Below are positions 32,698-44,166 of a stretch of DNA of 64,000 nt, piece after piece. Each line of letters opens with the position of its first letter. Position 1 is the stretch's first letter. This DNA is from Erythrobacter sp. (GTDB lineage Bacteria > Pseudomonadota > Alphaproteobacteria > Sphingomonadales > Sphingomonadaceae): the NCBI GenBank assembly GCA_041662105.1, contig JBAZTF010000002.1, positions 133,377 to 197,376 of the forward strand, read 5' to 3'. The notes below the pieces were generated by a model. The model had not been told where the DNA came from, did no database searches, and saw nothing but the letters and a program-made list of their open reading frames with translations. The position numbers and the translations under genes were made by a program.

Positions 32698-33068
32698 GCG
32701 CCGCCCCGGCAGACCTCGACAAGGCCCGTGCCGCGCTGGCCAGGATCGGCGGGGCGACGGTCGAGCGGCAGGTCTTCCTGTGCGCCATGTCGGAAAAGCA
32801 GAAATGCTGCCGGCGCGAGGAGGGCGAGGTGGCGTGGAACTATCTCAAACGGCGGATGAAGGAGCTCGGCCTCGTCGGGCCGCGCGGCACCGTCCAGCGA
32901 ACCAAGGCCGACTGCCTGCAGGTGTGCGAAGCGGGGCCGATCGCGGTGGTGTGGCCCGACAACGTCTGGTACCATTCCTGCCGTGAAGACGTGCTCGAGG
33001 CGATCATCCAGCGCCATTTGATCGGTGGTGAACCGGTCGAAGAGTTCCGCCTGCTCCCGGCTGGTTAG
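32694..33068 (+). CDS. Thioredoxin-like [2Fe-2S] ferredoxin domain protein
   Basis: VFLC...[27 protein letters not shown]. Confidence 0.85.
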   Translation: MSAAPADLDKARAALARIGGATVERQVFLCAMSEKQKCCRREEGEVAWNYLKRRMKELGLVGPRGTVQRTKADCLQVCEAGPIAVVWPDNVWYHSCREDVLEAIIQRHLIGGEPVEEFRLLPAG

Positions 33069-33171
33069 AATGGTTTCGAGCCGGATGGAATCATCTGGCG
33101 ACCAGGAAATCACGGTGAACCAAGACTCTAGAGTGCTGACTTTGATGCAATCAAAGCCGGGAGCACCCTAG
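33065..33171. repeat. Composite repeat locus 5: module A plus module C
   Basis: TTAGAATGGTTTCGAGCCGGATGGAATCATCTGGCGACCAGGAAATCAC...CTCTAGAGTGCTGACTTTGATGCAATCAAAGCCGGGAGCACCCTAG. Confidence 0.9.
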
Positions 33172-33289
33172 CCATCCTCGCCCCTCTGGTGCCTTGGCAG
33201 GGTTGATTCAATGCCAATCCCTAACCGATTCGCTTTTGCATCGGGAAAGTGGCATTCTCCGGCTTGTGGAGCGGAAGAGGAGGTCGGGC

Positions 33290-33718
33290 ATGATCAGCAG
33301 GCTGCTCGAAGGTCGTGCGAGTTCGGAAGTCATCGCAAGCACAGTCGATACGCCGGTCAGCGAGGTTATCGCGCTGCTTGCGGAACGGCGGATCGGTGCG
33401 GTGCCGATCCTCGAAAGCGGCAGGGTCGTGGGAATCTTTTCGGAACGCGACGTGATCTACCGGCTGGCGGCGGTTGGCGAAGCGTGCCTGACGGGTCCGG
33501 TCGGCGAAGTGATGACGTCGCCCGCGATCACCGTCGACCCGGGCACAAGCATTCTCGATGCACTGGCGCTGATGACCCGGCGGCGTATCCGCCACCTGCC
33601 GGTGGTCGACGGCGAGGCAATGTGCGGCTTCATTTCGATCGGCGATCTGGTCAAGGCGCGGCTCGACCAGATCCAGTACGAGGCCGAAGCGATGCGCGAG
33701 TATATCCAGACCGCTTGA
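33290..33718 (+). CDS. CBS domain protein
   Basis: Two CBS repeats (RRIGAVP...GIFSERD; RRIRHLPV...SIGDLVK); AGAGGAGG RBS. Confidence 0.9.
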   Translation: MISRLLEGRASSEVIASTVDTPVSEVIALLAERRIGAVPILESGRVVGIFSERDVIYRLAAVGEACLTGPVGEVMTSPAITVDPGTSILDALALMTRRRIRHLPVVDGEAMCGFISIGDLVKARLDQIQYEAEAMREYIQTA

Positions 33719-33742
33719 GACCGGCGGCTGCCATCCCTACAT
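33714..33742 (+). promoter_or_regulatory. RpoH-like promoter for erpA-xth, probably leaderless
   Basis: CTTGAG-N16-CCTACAT ending 7 nt before ATG 33750. Confidence 0.4.
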
Positions 33743-33749
33743 CGTCGCC

Positions 33750-34079
33750 ATGAGCACTGCACCCACCCTCACCGAGGCGGCCGCCGCGCGCGTTGCCGCG
33801 ATCGCGCGCAAGCAGGCCAGACCGGCCATCCTGCGCCTGTCGGTCGAAGGCGGCGGCTGTTCGGGCTTCCAGTACAAATTCGCCCTCGCCGACGCGCCCG
33901 AAGGTGACGACACGGTGAGCCGGACCGGCGGCGTCCAGCTGGTGGTCGATGCGATCAGCCTCGATCTCGTCGCCGGCAGCACGGTCGATTTCGTCGAATC
34001 GCTGGGTGGCGCGGCCTTCCGGGTCGAAAACCCGCAGGCGGCCGCAGGTTGCGGTTGCGGTTCCAGCTTCGGTATCTAG
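33750..34079 (+). CDS. erpA: A-type Fe-S carrier (ErpA/IscA/HesB)
   Basis: LRLSVEGGGCSGFQY, VDFVESLGG, CGCGSSF. Confidence 0.9.
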   Translation: MSTAPTLTEAAAARVAAIARKQARPAILRLSVEGGGCSGFQYKFALADAPEGDDTVSRTGGVQLVVDAISLDLVAGSTVDFVESLGGAAFRVENPQAAAGCGCGSSFGI

Positions 34080-34089
34080 TGTCCGGGCG

Positions 34090-34863
34090 ATGAAAATCGC
34101 CAGCTTCAACATCAACGGGATCAAGGCGCGGCTGCCGCGGCTCAAGGAATGGCTCGAGGAAACCCGGCCCACCGTCGCCTGCCTGCAGGAAATCAAGACG
34201 ATGGACGCCGGCTTTCCCGCCGCCGAATTCGAAAGCATCGGCTACAAGGCGATCTGGCACGGGCAGAAAGGCTTCAACGGCGTTGCCATTCTCGCCGACG
34301 GGGTCGAGCCGGTTGAAACGCAGCGCGGGCTGCCGGGCGACCATGACGACGAACAGGCCCGCTACCTCGAGGCCGAGGTGAACGGGGTGCGCGTCGCCTC
34401 GATCTACCTGCCCAATGGCAATCCGCAGCCCGGGCCCAAATTCGACTACAAGCTTGCCTGGATGGCGCGGCTGCGCGCGCACGCGGCATCGCTGTGGGCG
34501 CAGGAAATCCCGACTGCGCTGACAGGCGACTACAACGTGATTCCCCAGGATCGCGACGTCTGGGCGGTCAAGGCGATGGCCGACGATGCGCTGATGCAGC
34601 CCGAATCGCGCGATGCCTATGCACGCCTGCTTGGCGATGGCTGGACCGACGCGCTGGCCACGCTCAACCCGCGCGGCGGGGTGTGGACCTATTGGGACTA
34701 TCAGGCCGGTGCCTGGCAGCGCGACCACGGCTTTCGCATCGACCACCTGCTGCTGTCGCCCGAACTGGCCGACCGGATGATGACGGCGGGGGTCGACAAG
34801 GCGCACCGCGGGCGCGAGAAGGCGAGCGATCACGCGCCGGTATGGGTTGAAATACGCGACTGA
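34090..34863 (+). CDS. xth: Exodeoxyribonuclease III, paralog 2
   Basis: IASFNINGIKARL, LQEIK, GQKGFNGVA, YLPNGNP, GDYNVIP, TYWDYQAG, RIDHLL, SDHAP. Confidence 0.92.
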   Translation: MKIASFNINGIKARLPRLKEWLEETRPTVACLQEIKTMDAGFPAAEFESIGYKAIWHGQKGFNGVAILADGVEPVETQRGLPGDHDDEQARYLEAEVNGVRVASIYLPNGNPQPGPKFDYKLAWMARLRAHAASLWAQEIPTALTGDYNVIPQDRDVWAVKAMADDALMQPESRDAYARLLGDGWTDALATLNPRGGVWTYWDYQAGAWQRDHGFRIDHLLLSPELADRMMTAGVDKAHRGREKASDHAPVWVEIRD

Positions 34864-34869
34864 CACAAG

Positions 34870-34903
34870 AAAGGGCCGCCGCTTTGGCGCGACGGCCCGA
34901 CTT
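34870..34903. terminator. Hairpin between convergent xth and cell wall hydrolase genes
   Basis: AAAGGGCCGCCGC...GCGACGGCCC. Confidence 0.5.
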
Positions 34904-34920
34904 GTTCGATACCGGCTATA

Positions 34921-35580
34921 TCAACGGTAGAAGACGTGCGTGTCGATGGTGGCGAGCGCCACTTTCCGGCGGCTCCAGCGCGGGTGAACATACCGGGCAT
35001 GGAAATAGAGCGCTTCACCCGCCTTGCTGTCCCACAGCCCGCGATGCGCGATGCGCGCAATCGCCCGGGCATTCGACCAGGCCTGCGAAGCGGTTCGGAT
35101 CGGCGGCATGTGGCCGTGACGGACAAAGGAAAACTGCGAGCGCTGGTAAACCACGCCGCAATAACTAGAGGGGAAGCGGTTGTCTTCCGTGCGATTGACG
35201 ATGACCTGCGCGACGGCCAGCTGGCCCTCGAGCGGCTCGCCGCGCGATTCGAAATAGACCGCACCGGCAAGACACTGAAGCTCGGGCGAAAGCTCGCCAG
35301 TGGCGGGCATGGCGGCGACCAGTTCGCGCAGGTTCTGCGCGCGCGGTGCTTCGACCGTCTCTTCGATATCTGGATGTGCTTGCGTGGCGGGAAGCTCCTG
35401 CACCACTTCCTTGCGGACGAAGATCGGCATGATCTCGTCGGTCAGTTGTGCCGCAGCGGTAGTGGATTGGGTCGCCTGCGCCGCGACCTGGGCGTTGGCA
35501 CCGGAGATTTCAGCCCCGGCAAGGGTAACAGTAGCGGTGACCGCGATCATCGCGGTGAAACCGGTGAACTTGCGAACCAT
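34921..35580 (-). CDS. Cell wall hydrolase (SleB/Hydrolase_2)
   Basis: CLAGAVYFESRGEPLEGQLAVAQVIVNR, CGVVYQRSQFS, ALYFHA, HVFYR. Confidence 0.9.
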   Translation of the reverse strand: MVRKFTGFTAMIAVTATVTLAGAEISGANAQVAAQATQSTTAAAQLTDEIMPIFVRKEVVQELPATQAHPDIEETVEAPRAQNLRELVAAMPATGELSPELQCLAGAVYFESRGEPLEGQLAVAQVIVNRTEDNRFPSSYCGVVYQRSQFSFVRHGHMPPIRTASQAWSNARAIARIAHRGLWDSKAGEALYFHARYVHPRWSRRKVALATIDTHVFYR

Positions 35581-35781
35581 GATTTCCGAAACATTCGGCG
35601 GTTGGCGGACTGACGCAGGCTGGGATCCACGCGCGTTATGATGCGTCGTTCAAGCGGATCCGTTAACGGGCCTGCCGGCCACCCCCCGTCTGCGTGCTAA
35701 TGCCACGACCGTATTGCCGCGTGCATCGCCTCCGCATCGTAAGGTGGGGCGCCACATAGTCGCATTTGATACCGTGTCAAC

Positions 35782-36117
35782 TTATTGCAGTGCGGAATCG
35801 ATGAAACGTTCCGCATGAGCGATATCCAGCTCGATCACCCAGCAATCCGGGTCTGAACGGCGCCTCCGCTCGATATAGTCGAAGAATTCATCTTTATTTT
35901 CAGCACTTTCTACTCTCGTCACAATGAATTCGCGCGAGCCATCCAGCTGCGGCATACGTTCCCACAGCCTGACGTCGGCATCCCGGTTCCTGGTAATTAC
36001 CAGAATTACGCCCGCATCTCTTTCGCCGCGTTGCACAACGGCCGCGAACCCGCCGGCCGCCTCGACCGCACGGATCATGCCGCTGGCCTCGAGATGCGCC
36101 GGGAGCCGCGCGTCCAT
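35782..36117 (-). CDS. DUF1491 family protein
   Basis: RLPAHLEASGMIR, GERDAG, DPDCWVIELD. Confidence 0.8.
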   Translation of the reverse strand: MDARLPAHLEASGMIRAVEAAGGFAAVVQRGERDAGVILVITRNRDADVRLWERMPQLDGSREFIVTRVESAENKDEFFDYIERRRRSDPDCWVIELDIAHAERFIDSALQ

Positions 36118-36162
36118 TAATCCTGTTCCTTCACCTGACCCCCGGCAATGGCCGGTGCCGCG

Positions 36163-36732
36163 TCAACGCGGCTCGACCCAGCCGATCGACCCGTCGTGGC
36201 GACGATAGACCATGTTGTGCCGCTCGCTCCCCGCGTTCTTGAACAGCAGTGCATTGGCGTTCTGCAGGTCGAGCATCATCACCGCATCGGCCACGCTGCA
36301 TTCGGGGATCACGGCGCGGGTTTCGGCGATCACCGGCGGGCTATCCGCGACGATCTCCGTTTCGTCGTCGGGTTCGGGCGCGCCAAGGATCGTATAGGCC
36401 GCCTCTTCCTCGCGCAGCGCGTGATCGGCCTGTTCGTGACGATCCTTGATGCGGCGCTTGTAACGGCGCAGCTGTTTTTCGATCTTGCCCGCCGCGGCGT
36501 CGAAGGCCTGGTGGACGTCGTGCGCCTCGGCATGACCCTTGAGGATCAGGCCCTGCATCACATGGGCGACGATATCGGAGGTAAACAGCCCGCCCGGCCC
36601 CTTGCCGAAGGTCACGTGCGAGGAGATCGCCCGGTTGAAGTACTTCTCGACGATGGCGTTCATGCGCTCGCCGACATGCTCCTGCAAGGCTGTGCCGGTA
36701 TCGATCTGGTGGCCAGAGACGCGGATATCCAT
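36163..36732 (-). CDS. hpf: Ribosome hibernation promoting factor (long HPF)
   Basis: MDIRVSGHQIDTG.AL, FD.AAGKIEKQLRRYKRRIKD, VADAVMMLDL, VYRRHDGSIGWVEP. Confidence 0.92.
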   Translation of the reverse strand: MDIRVSGHQIDTGTALQEHVGERMNAIVEKYFNRAISSHVTFGKGPGGLFTSDIVAHVMQGLILKGHAEAHDVHQAFDAAAGKIEKQLRRYKRRIKDRHEQADHALREEEAAYTILGAPEPDDETEIVADSPPVIAETRAVIPECSVADAVMMLDLQNANALLFKNAGSERHNMVYRRHDGSIGWVEPR

Positions 36733-36800
36733 TTTTCCTGTTCTCCTCTTTCTGCCCTGCGACCCCTCGACCCGGCCCGTCCGCCGGATCGCGCCGCACC

Positions 36801-37493
36801 CTAACCCCAGAGGGGGTTGTCGAGCCCGGCGACGAATTTCCTGTGCCGCTCCAGTTCCTCTGCCGATGCCGTGTGCGCCCGCGGTTCGCGGCGCGAACCA
36901 CCGGCCTGTCGCACCGCGACGACCTCGGTCACTTCGGACATGACTTCGGCATGGCGTTCGGCGGCAAGTTCGAACCCGATCTGGCGCCCCCCCTTCAATT
37001 CGACATAGACCTGCGCCAGCAGTTCGGCATCGAGCAGCGCGCCATGTCTGACGCGGTGGCTGCGGTCGATCCCGTAGCGGGTGCACAACGCGTCGAGCGA
37101 AAGCTTGGCCCCCGGGTGCCGTTTCCTGGCCAGCGCGACCGTATCGACCATACGGCTGGTGCAGATCGGCGCGCGCGCGCACAGCGCCAGTTCGGCATTG
37201 AGAAAACCGAAGTCGAAGCCGGCATTGTGCGCCACCAGCGGGGCGTCGCCGACGAAGGCGAGCAATTCGTCAGCCAATTCGTGAAACAGCGGCTTGTCCG
37301 AGAGGAAACCCGCCGAAAGCCCGTGCACCGCCTCGGCCCCGGCGGGCATGTCGCGCTCGGGATTGAAATAGGCGTGATAGGTTGCGCCGGTGGGAACGAG
37401 ATTGACCATCTCGATGCATCCAATCTCGACCATCCGGTCCCCCGTCCTGGGGTCGAGCCCGGTGGTTTCGGTATCGAACACGATCTCGCGCAT
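36801..37493 (-). CDS. dnaQ: DNA polymerase III epsilon subunit
   Basis: VFDTETTGLDP, VAHNAGFDFGF, SLDALC, HGALLDAELLA. Confidence 0.95.
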   Translation of the reverse strand: MREIVFDTETTGLDPRTGDRMVEIGCIEMVNLVPTGATYHAYFNPERDMPAGAEAVHGLSAGFLSDKPLFHELADELLAFVGDAPLVAHNAGFDFGFLNAELALCARAPICTSRMVDTVALARKRHPGAKLSLDALCTRYGIDRSHRVRHGALLDAELLAQVYVELKGGRQIGFELAAERHAEVMSEVTEVVAVRQAGGSRREPRAHTASAEELERHRKFVAGLDNPLWG

Positions 37494-37541
37494 TACCTAT
37501 CCTATCGGCCTCGGCCGCGCGGATTTCAAGGGGTCGTGGCG

Positions 37542-38147
37542 TCAGCGCGCGGCGCTCGCGTGCTTCAGCTCGGCGATGAGCGCAATAACCTCATCCTCGG
37601 TCAGCTCGATCGAGGTGCCGGTGTCGATCACATGGTCGGCGCGCGCGCGCTTTTCGGCATCGGGCAGCTGGAGCGAGAGGATCTGCGCGAACTTGTCTTC
37701 GGTCATGCCGGGACGCGCCAGCACGCGTTTGCGCTGGGCATCGGCGGGGGCGGAAACCACCACCACCCGATCGAGCGCGGTTACGCCGCCCTTTTCGAAC
37801 AGCAGCGGAATGTCGAATACCACCACCGGAGCGCCGGCATGCTCGATCAGGAACGCCTCGCGCTGGCGCGCCAGCGCGGGATGGACGATCGCCTCGAGCC
37901 GGGCGAGCGCGGCCTTGTCTGCGAACACCTGCTCGCCCAGCCTGTCGCGCAACACGCCTTCGGGGCCTGTCGAACCGGGAAATGCAGCCTCGATCGCGGA
38001 TAGCAGCGCGCCACCGGGCCCCTGCATCGCGCGAACCGCGGCATCGGCATCGAACACGGGCACACCGGCAGCCTCGAACATGGTCGCGACGGTCGACTTG
38101 CCCATGCCGATCGATCCGGTAAGGCCGACGATGAGCGGGCGGGTCAT
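37542..38147 (-). CDS. coaE: Dephospho-CoA kinase
   Basis: GLTGSIGMGKST, FDADAAV, LEAIVHP, DIPLLFE. Confidence 0.95.
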   Translation of the reverse strand: MTRPLIVGLTGSIGMGKSTVATMFEAAGVPVFDADAAVRAMQGPGGALLSAIEAAFPGSTGPEGVLRDRLGEQVFADKAALARLEAIVHPALARQREAFLIEHAGAPVVVFDIPLLFEKGGVTALDRVVVVSAPADAQRKRVLARPGMTEDKFAQILSLQLPDAEKRARADHVIDTGTSIELTEDEVIALIAELKHASAAR

Positions 38148-38998
38148 GCCATGAGCCTTGCGCGCAGCTCGGCATCGAACTGACGCGGCGGCGCGACACC
38201 GAAGAAATGCGCGAAGGCCGCCGCCGCCTGCCCGATCAGCATGGCGAGGCCGTCGATCGTTTCGAATCCGGCGGCACGGGCATTGCGGAGAAACCCGGTA
38301 TCCACCGGATCGGTCACGATGTCGTAGGCGATCGAGCCGGGCGGTGCGTGGCTCCAGTCGAAAACGAGGGGTGGCTGGCCACGCATGCCCAGTGGCGAGG
38401 CGTTGACAATCAGGTCGCAACACCCCTCGCGATCGTCGAAGGCGAAGTCGGTGACTTGCGCAAAATGGTCGAGCGGCGCGACATGGTGCCCACCGCCTGG
38501 ATCGAGCTCGTCGAGCAGCGCGCGCGCCTTTTCGGGATTGCGTCCGGCGAGAACCAGAGTGAAGCCTTCACCGGCAAGCCCCGCCACGATCGCCCGCGCC
38601 GCGCCGCCGGTGCCGAGGATCCGCGCCATGCGGAAATAGTGCCGCTGCGCCAGCAATTCACGCAAAGGCTCCAGGAAGCCCGCGACGTCCGTGTTGTGGC
38701 CGGTCAGCGATCCGTCGGCTTCGCGCACGATCGTGTTCACCGCGCCGACCTTGTGCGCGAGCGGATCGATCCGCTCGAGATACGGCATGACCGCCTGCTT
38801 GTGCGGCATGGTCACGTTGCAGCCGCGCCAACCTGTATCCTCACGCCGCGCCGCGAGATAGGCCTCGACCTCGCCAGGCAGGACATGATGGGCGCGATAG
38901 GCCGCATCTAACCCCAGCTTTTCGATCCAGAACCCATGGATCGCGGGCGATTTCGACTGGGCGATCGGATCGCCGATGACTTCGGCGTAGATGGTCAT
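38144..38998 (-). CDS. aroE: Shikimate dehydrogenase
   Basis: [49 protein letters not shown]. Confidence 0.95.
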   Translation of the reverse strand: MTIYAEVIGDPIAQSKSPAIHGFWIEKLGLDAAYRAHHVLPGEVEAYLAARREDTGWRGCNVTMPHKQAVMPYLERIDPLAHKVGAVNTIVREADGSLTGHNTDVAGFLEPLRELLAQRHYFRMARILGTGGAARAIVAGLAGEGFTLVLAGRNPEKARALLDELDPGGGHHVAPLDHFAQVTDFAFDDREGCCDLIVNASPLGMRGQPPLVFDWSHAPPGSIAYDIVTDPVDTGFLRNARAAGFETIDGLAMLIGQAAAAFAHFFGVAPPRQFDAELRARLMA

Positions 38999-39615
38999 GC
39001 GAGCAGCGCGCCTGCTTCGCGCAGCGCGTCGAGCACTTGCAGCAACGGCATGCCGAGCACGGTGAACTGGTCACCGGCGATGCTGTCGAACAACTGCACG
39101 CCGGGCCCTTCTATCCGGAAAACACCCACGCAACCGCTCACCGCAGGCCATTCGGTGTCGAGATAGGCGGTGATGAATTCCTCGCTCAGCTCGCGCAGGT
39201 GCAACCGGGCGAAGTCCGATCCGACCCACAGGATCTGCCCGCCCCGGGCCAGCGCCGCCGCGCTGTGCAGCGTCATCACCTTGCCCGAAAAGGCGCGCAG
39301 GTGCTCGGCGGCATTGTCGCGGCTGGCCGGCTTGTCGAACCGCTGTCCGGCAAGCTCGACCAGCGAGTCCGAACCCAGCACCAGGGCCTCGGGGTAGCAC
39401 GCCGACACATCGGCCGCCTTGGCCGCCGCCAGCGCCTGCGCGATCTCGACCGGTTCGGCATCCTCCATCTCGGCTTCGAGCGCACGTTCGTCGATATTCG
39501 CGCCGACCGCCTCGAAGGCGAGCCCCGCAGCCGAGAGCATCGCCTTGCGCGAGGCACTGGTCGAGGCGAGCATGATGCCCTTGCCCGCAATTCCGGTCAT
39601 ATCGGCCCGGGTCAT
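38995..39615 (-). CDS. maf: Maf family nucleoside triphosphate pyrophosphatase
   Basis: [33 protein letters not shown]. Confidence 0.9.
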   Translation of the reverse strand: MTRADMTGIAGKGIMLASTSASRKAMLSAAGLAFEAVGANIDERALEAEMEDAEPVEIAQALAAAKAADVSACYPEALVLGSDSLVELAGQRFDKPASRDNAAEHLRAFSGKVMTLHSAAALARGGQILWVGSDFARLHLRELSEEFITAYLDTEWPAVSGCVGVFRIEGPGVQLFDSIAGDQFTVLGMPLLQVLDALREAGALLA

Positions 39616-40469
39616 ATCGGTTTTATCCCCTGCGTTGCGCCGCGCAGTTCGCGCTCGTTGTAGAGGCGGATCACCGCGGCGGCGGTTTCCTCGATCGAAC
39701 GGCGGGTGACATCGATCACCGCCCAGCCATTGTCGGCAAACATGCGGCGGGCAAAGGCGACCTCGGCCTTGACCTTTTCCTGGTCGGCATAATCGGTGTG
39801 ACGCTCTTCGTTGAGGGTGAGCAGGCGATTGCGGCGCACCTGCACCAGTCGTTCGGGTGCGGTGGTCAGGCCGACCACCATCGGGTTCTTCAGCCCGAAC
39901 AGCATAGGTGGCGGCGGGCTTTCCACCACCAGCGGGATATTGGCGACCTTGTAGCCGCGGTTGGCGAGATAGATGCTGGTCGGCGTCTTCGAGCTGCGCG
40001 AAACGCCGGCGAGCACGATGTCGGCCTGCTCCCAGTCCTCCCAGCCGACGCCATCGTCATGCGCGATGGTGAACTGGATCGCTTCGACCCGGCGAAAATA
40101 GGCCTGGTCCATCGCATGCTGGCGACCGGGCCTGCCATGGGCTTGCTGACCCAGCGCCTTTTCCAGCGCTTCGGTGACGCGGTCGAGGATCGGAACCGCG
40201 GGCAGGCCCTGCTGGCGGCACACCTCCTCGAGCCGCGCGCGGGTTTCGGCATTGACCAGTGTGAACAGCACCAGGCCGGGGTAGGCCTTGAGTTCGGGGA
40301 TGATCCGTTCAAGATGCTGGCGGCTGCGTACCATGGGCCAGAAATGCCGGATCACCTCGGCGTCCTCGAACTGGGCGAGCGCGGCCTTGGCGAGCATTTC
40401 GAGCGTCTCGCCGGTCGAATCGGACAGCAGATGGAGGTGGACGCGGTTGGAAATGGGAGGCTCCGGCAC
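39612..40469 (-). CDS. DUF299 kinase/pyrophosphorylase (PEP synthase/PPDK regulatory protein); start uncertain
   Basis: [47 protein letters not shown]. Confidence 0.92.
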   Translation of the reverse strand: MPEPPISNRVHLHLLSDSTGETLEMLAKAALAQFEDAEVIRHFWPMVRSRQHLERIIPELKAYPGLVLFTLVNAETRARLEEVCRQQGLPAVPILDRVTEALEKALGQQAHGRPGRQHAMDQAYFRRVEAIQFTIAHDDGVGWEDWEQADIVLAGVSRSSKTPTSIYLANRGYKVANIPLVVESPPPPMLFGLKNPMVVGLTTAPERLVQVRRNRLLTLNEERHTDYADQEKVKAEVAFARRMFADNGWAVIDVTRRSIEETAAAVIRLYNERELRGATQGIKPI

Positions 40470-40769
40470 CCTGTGGAGAACGTGCCGCATAAACCACGGG
40501 AGAAGGCTGGCGACAAGTTCGGGCACGAATTCGCTCCCCATTGCCAGCCTTCCACCCGTCGATTCCCGCACAGGTCGGGCGGGTTTTGGACAGGCTGGGG
40601 ACAGCTGGGAAAACTATGACTCGACTCAGCCGGCGTGCCGAGTCGGAAGCGCCGCTCGCCCTTTGCATTGCGGGAGAAATCGGGCAGGGGCGCGTTATCC
40701 CTGCAATCCACAGGGCCAACAGACTCCATCAAACCTTATATATAAATATTATTGGATTGGACTCGCGCG
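40470..40769. other. Probable chromosomal replication origin (oriC)
   Basis: Lies between duf299 and hemE, as Caulobacter Cori does. Contains an AT-rich run (CCTTATATATAAATATTATT, about 40734-40753), DnaA-box-like TGTGGAGAA (40472-40480) and CAATCCACA (40704-40712), and six GANTC sites; parAB/parS are nearby. Confidence 0.75.
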
Positions 40770-41795
40770 ATGCCCGGCCTCCTGCTCGATACCTTGAACG
40801 GCCGACGCGGTGCTGGCGTTCCTCTCTGGCTCATGCGCCAGGCGGGTCGATACCTGCCCGAATATCGCGCGCTGAGAGAACAGAAGGGCGGGTTCCTTGC
40901 CCTGGCCTATGACAGCGAGGCTGCCTGCGAAATCACGCTCCAGCCGGTCGACCGCTTCGGTTTCGACGGGGCGATCCTGTTTTCCGATATCCTGATCGTC
41001 CCGCATGCGATGGGGCAGGACCTCCAGTTCCTTGCCGGGGAAGGTCCGCACCTGTCGCCGCGACTGGTCGATGCGGTGCTGGAAGGCCTGACGCCCGATC
41101 GGTCGCGCTACGAACCGATCTACGAGACCGTGCGCCTGTGCCGCCGGCGTCTGCCCGAAGGCGTGACCATGCTTGGCTTTGCGGGCAGTCCGTGGACCGT
41201 TGCGACCTATATGGTGGCGGGCGAGGGGAGCCGCGACCAGCATGAGGCGCGCGCGCTGGCCTATCGCGACCCCGCGGCGCTGCAGGCGATCATCGATGCG
41301 ATCGTGGCGCAGTCGATCGAGTATCTTTCGGGCCAGATCAGGGCTGGTGCCGAAGCGGTGCAGCTGTTCGACAGCTGGGCCGGGAGCCTCGCGCCCGACC
41401 AGTTCGAGCGCTGGGTCATCGCGCCCAATACCGCAATCGTTTCGGCGCTGCGCGAGCGGTATCCCGATGTTCCGGTGATCGGTTTTCCCAAGGGCGCGGG
41501 GGCAAAGCTTGCCGCCTATGCGCGCGAAACGGGCGTGCAGGCGGTCGGGGTAGACGAGACGTTCGATCCCGCCTGGGTGGCGCGCGAATTGCCCGCAGGC
41601 ATGCCCGTGCAGGGCAATCTCGATCCGCTGTTGCTGCTGGCCGGTTCGGATGAGCTCGAGCGGCGCGTAACCACCATATTGCGCAGCTTCGCCGACCGTC
41701 CACACGTGTTCAATCTCGGCCACGGGATCGACCGGCGTACACCGATCGCGCATGTCGAGCGGGTGATCGCCAGTGTTCGCGGATTCGGGGGGTGA
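40770..41795 (+). CDS. hemE: Uroporphyrinogen decarboxylase
   Basis: PLWLMRQAGRYLPEYR, AILFSDIL, GFAGSPWT, QLFDSWAG, QGNLDP, FNLGHGI. Confidence 0.96.
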   Translation: MPGLLLDTLNGRRGAGVPLWLMRQAGRYLPEYRALREQKGGFLALAYDSEAACEITLQPVDRFGFDGAILFSDILIVPHAMGQDLQFLAGEGPHLSPRLVDAVLEGLTPDRSRYEPIYETVRLCRRRLPEGVTMLGFAGSPWTVATYMVAGEGSRDQHEARALAYRDPAALQAIIDAIVAQSIEYLSGQIRAGAEAVQLFDSWAGSLAPDQFERWVIAPNTAIVSALRERYPDVPVIGFPKGAGAKLAAYARETGVQAVGVDETFDPAWVARELPAGMPVQGNLDPLLLLAGSDELERRVTTILRSFADRPHVFNLGHGIDRRTPIAHVERVIASVRGFGG

Positions 41796-41828
41796 CGCGG
41801 AGGTGTGCCGATCCTACATAGCCAGCCG

Positions 41829-42272
41829 ATGCAGGACGCGCTTGCCATGACCTATTACTGGCTCAAGGCCGGGCACATCATCTTCATGGTCTTCTGGATG
41901 GCGGGGCTGTTCATGCTGCCGCGCCAGATGATCTACCTGCACCCGGCGGCGGTCGGGTCGAGCGAGGCTGCGCTGTGGACCGGACGGATGGGCCTGCTGC
42001 GCAGGGTAATCCTCACGCCCAGCCTGATTGTGGTCTGGGTGCTTGGCCTGCTGCTCGCCGCGAGCATTCACGCCTGGGATCAGGGCTGGTTCCATGCCAA
42101 GCTGCTGTTCGTCGTCGCGCTTACCGGCTTTCATGGCTACATGGTTGCACAAGGCAAGAGGATGATCGCCGGCGATCGCCCCTTGACCGAGAAGCAATTG
42201 CGGTTCTGGGGCGAGTTTCCCGGCATCGTGCTGGCGATCATCGTCATCCTGGTGGTCGTGAAACCCTTCTGA
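41829..42272 (+). CDS. hemJ: Protoporphyrinogen oxidase HemJ (CopD family)
   Basis: WLKAGHIIFMVFWMAGLF.LPR, WFHAKL; lies between hemE and rho. Confidence 0.88.
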   Translation: MQDALAMTYYWLKAGHIIFMVFWMAGLFMLPRQMIYLHPAAVGSSEAALWTGRMGLLRRVILTPSLIVVWVLGLLLAASIHAWDQGWFHAKLLFVVALTGFHGYMVAQGKRMIAGDRPLTEKQLRFWGEFPGIVLAIIVILVVVKPF

Positions 42273-42447
42273 CCGCTCGACGGTCGCAGCGAGCAAAGCT
42301 TGCATTCGCGATTGACGCGCATCGGGCGCGATCGTATTTGCAGCGCACCAACCGGCTAGAGGTCCCACGTTCACAAGGGACCGGGTCCGCTTTCCCCAAG
42401 CCCATTCCGACCTGCCGGCCATCAACCTGAATACTCAGAGAATTTCT

Positions 42448-43713
<1,266 letters not shown>

Positions 43714-43719
43714 GGCGCG

Positions 43720-44166
43720 CTATCCGGCGGGGATTTGTAACTCGAAATCCCCGTTTGACCGAAGTTCGAAATTACCAAGCATCATGACGTCCCTGCCGAT
43801 TATTGCATCGAATGCAGCGTAGGCCTTTATCTCGATGGCAATTAGTGGTTCGGGTAGAAGGTATGGCAAGGGGCCGCGTTCCTCATCATACAAACCAAGG
43901 AACGTCGTCCAAGATCGGTGAAATCCTTCACCACCAATTCCTGTTGCCCTTTCTTTCCCGCGATAGGAAAGATTGGCAGCTTCGGCCAGGCCCCGCGTGA
44001 CACTTGTGCCATCGGCGCCCGTATCCAGCAGGGCGCGGCAATCGACACCAATGGCGCCGTTGTTTGCGATGCTGGAAGGGTCATGGACAAGCTGGGGTGT
44101 CGCTGGAAGGACACGAATGCGGATAATGGGAGGGGCGTATTTGGCGTTACCCTTGATTTTCAGCAC
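43720..44166 (-). CDS. Retropepsin-like (clan AA) aspartyl protease, cytoplasmic
   Basis: ALLDTGADGTS catalytic motif, TGIGG flap, AIIGRD psi-loop; no signal peptide; lower GC than the flanks. Confidence 0.8.
   Translation of the reverse strand: MLKIKGNAKYAPPIIRIRVLPATPQLVHDPSSIANNGAIGVDCRALLDTGADGTSVTRGLAEAANLSYRGKERATGIGGEGFHRSWTTFLGLYDEERGPLPYLLPEPLIAIEIKAYAAFDAIIGRDVMMLGNFELRSNGDFELQIPAG
43728..43756 (+). terminator. Terminator-like hairpin after rho, inside the 3' end of the antisense protease gene
   Basis: CGGGGATTT-GTAACTCG-AAATCCCCG followed by TTT. Confidence 0.45.
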
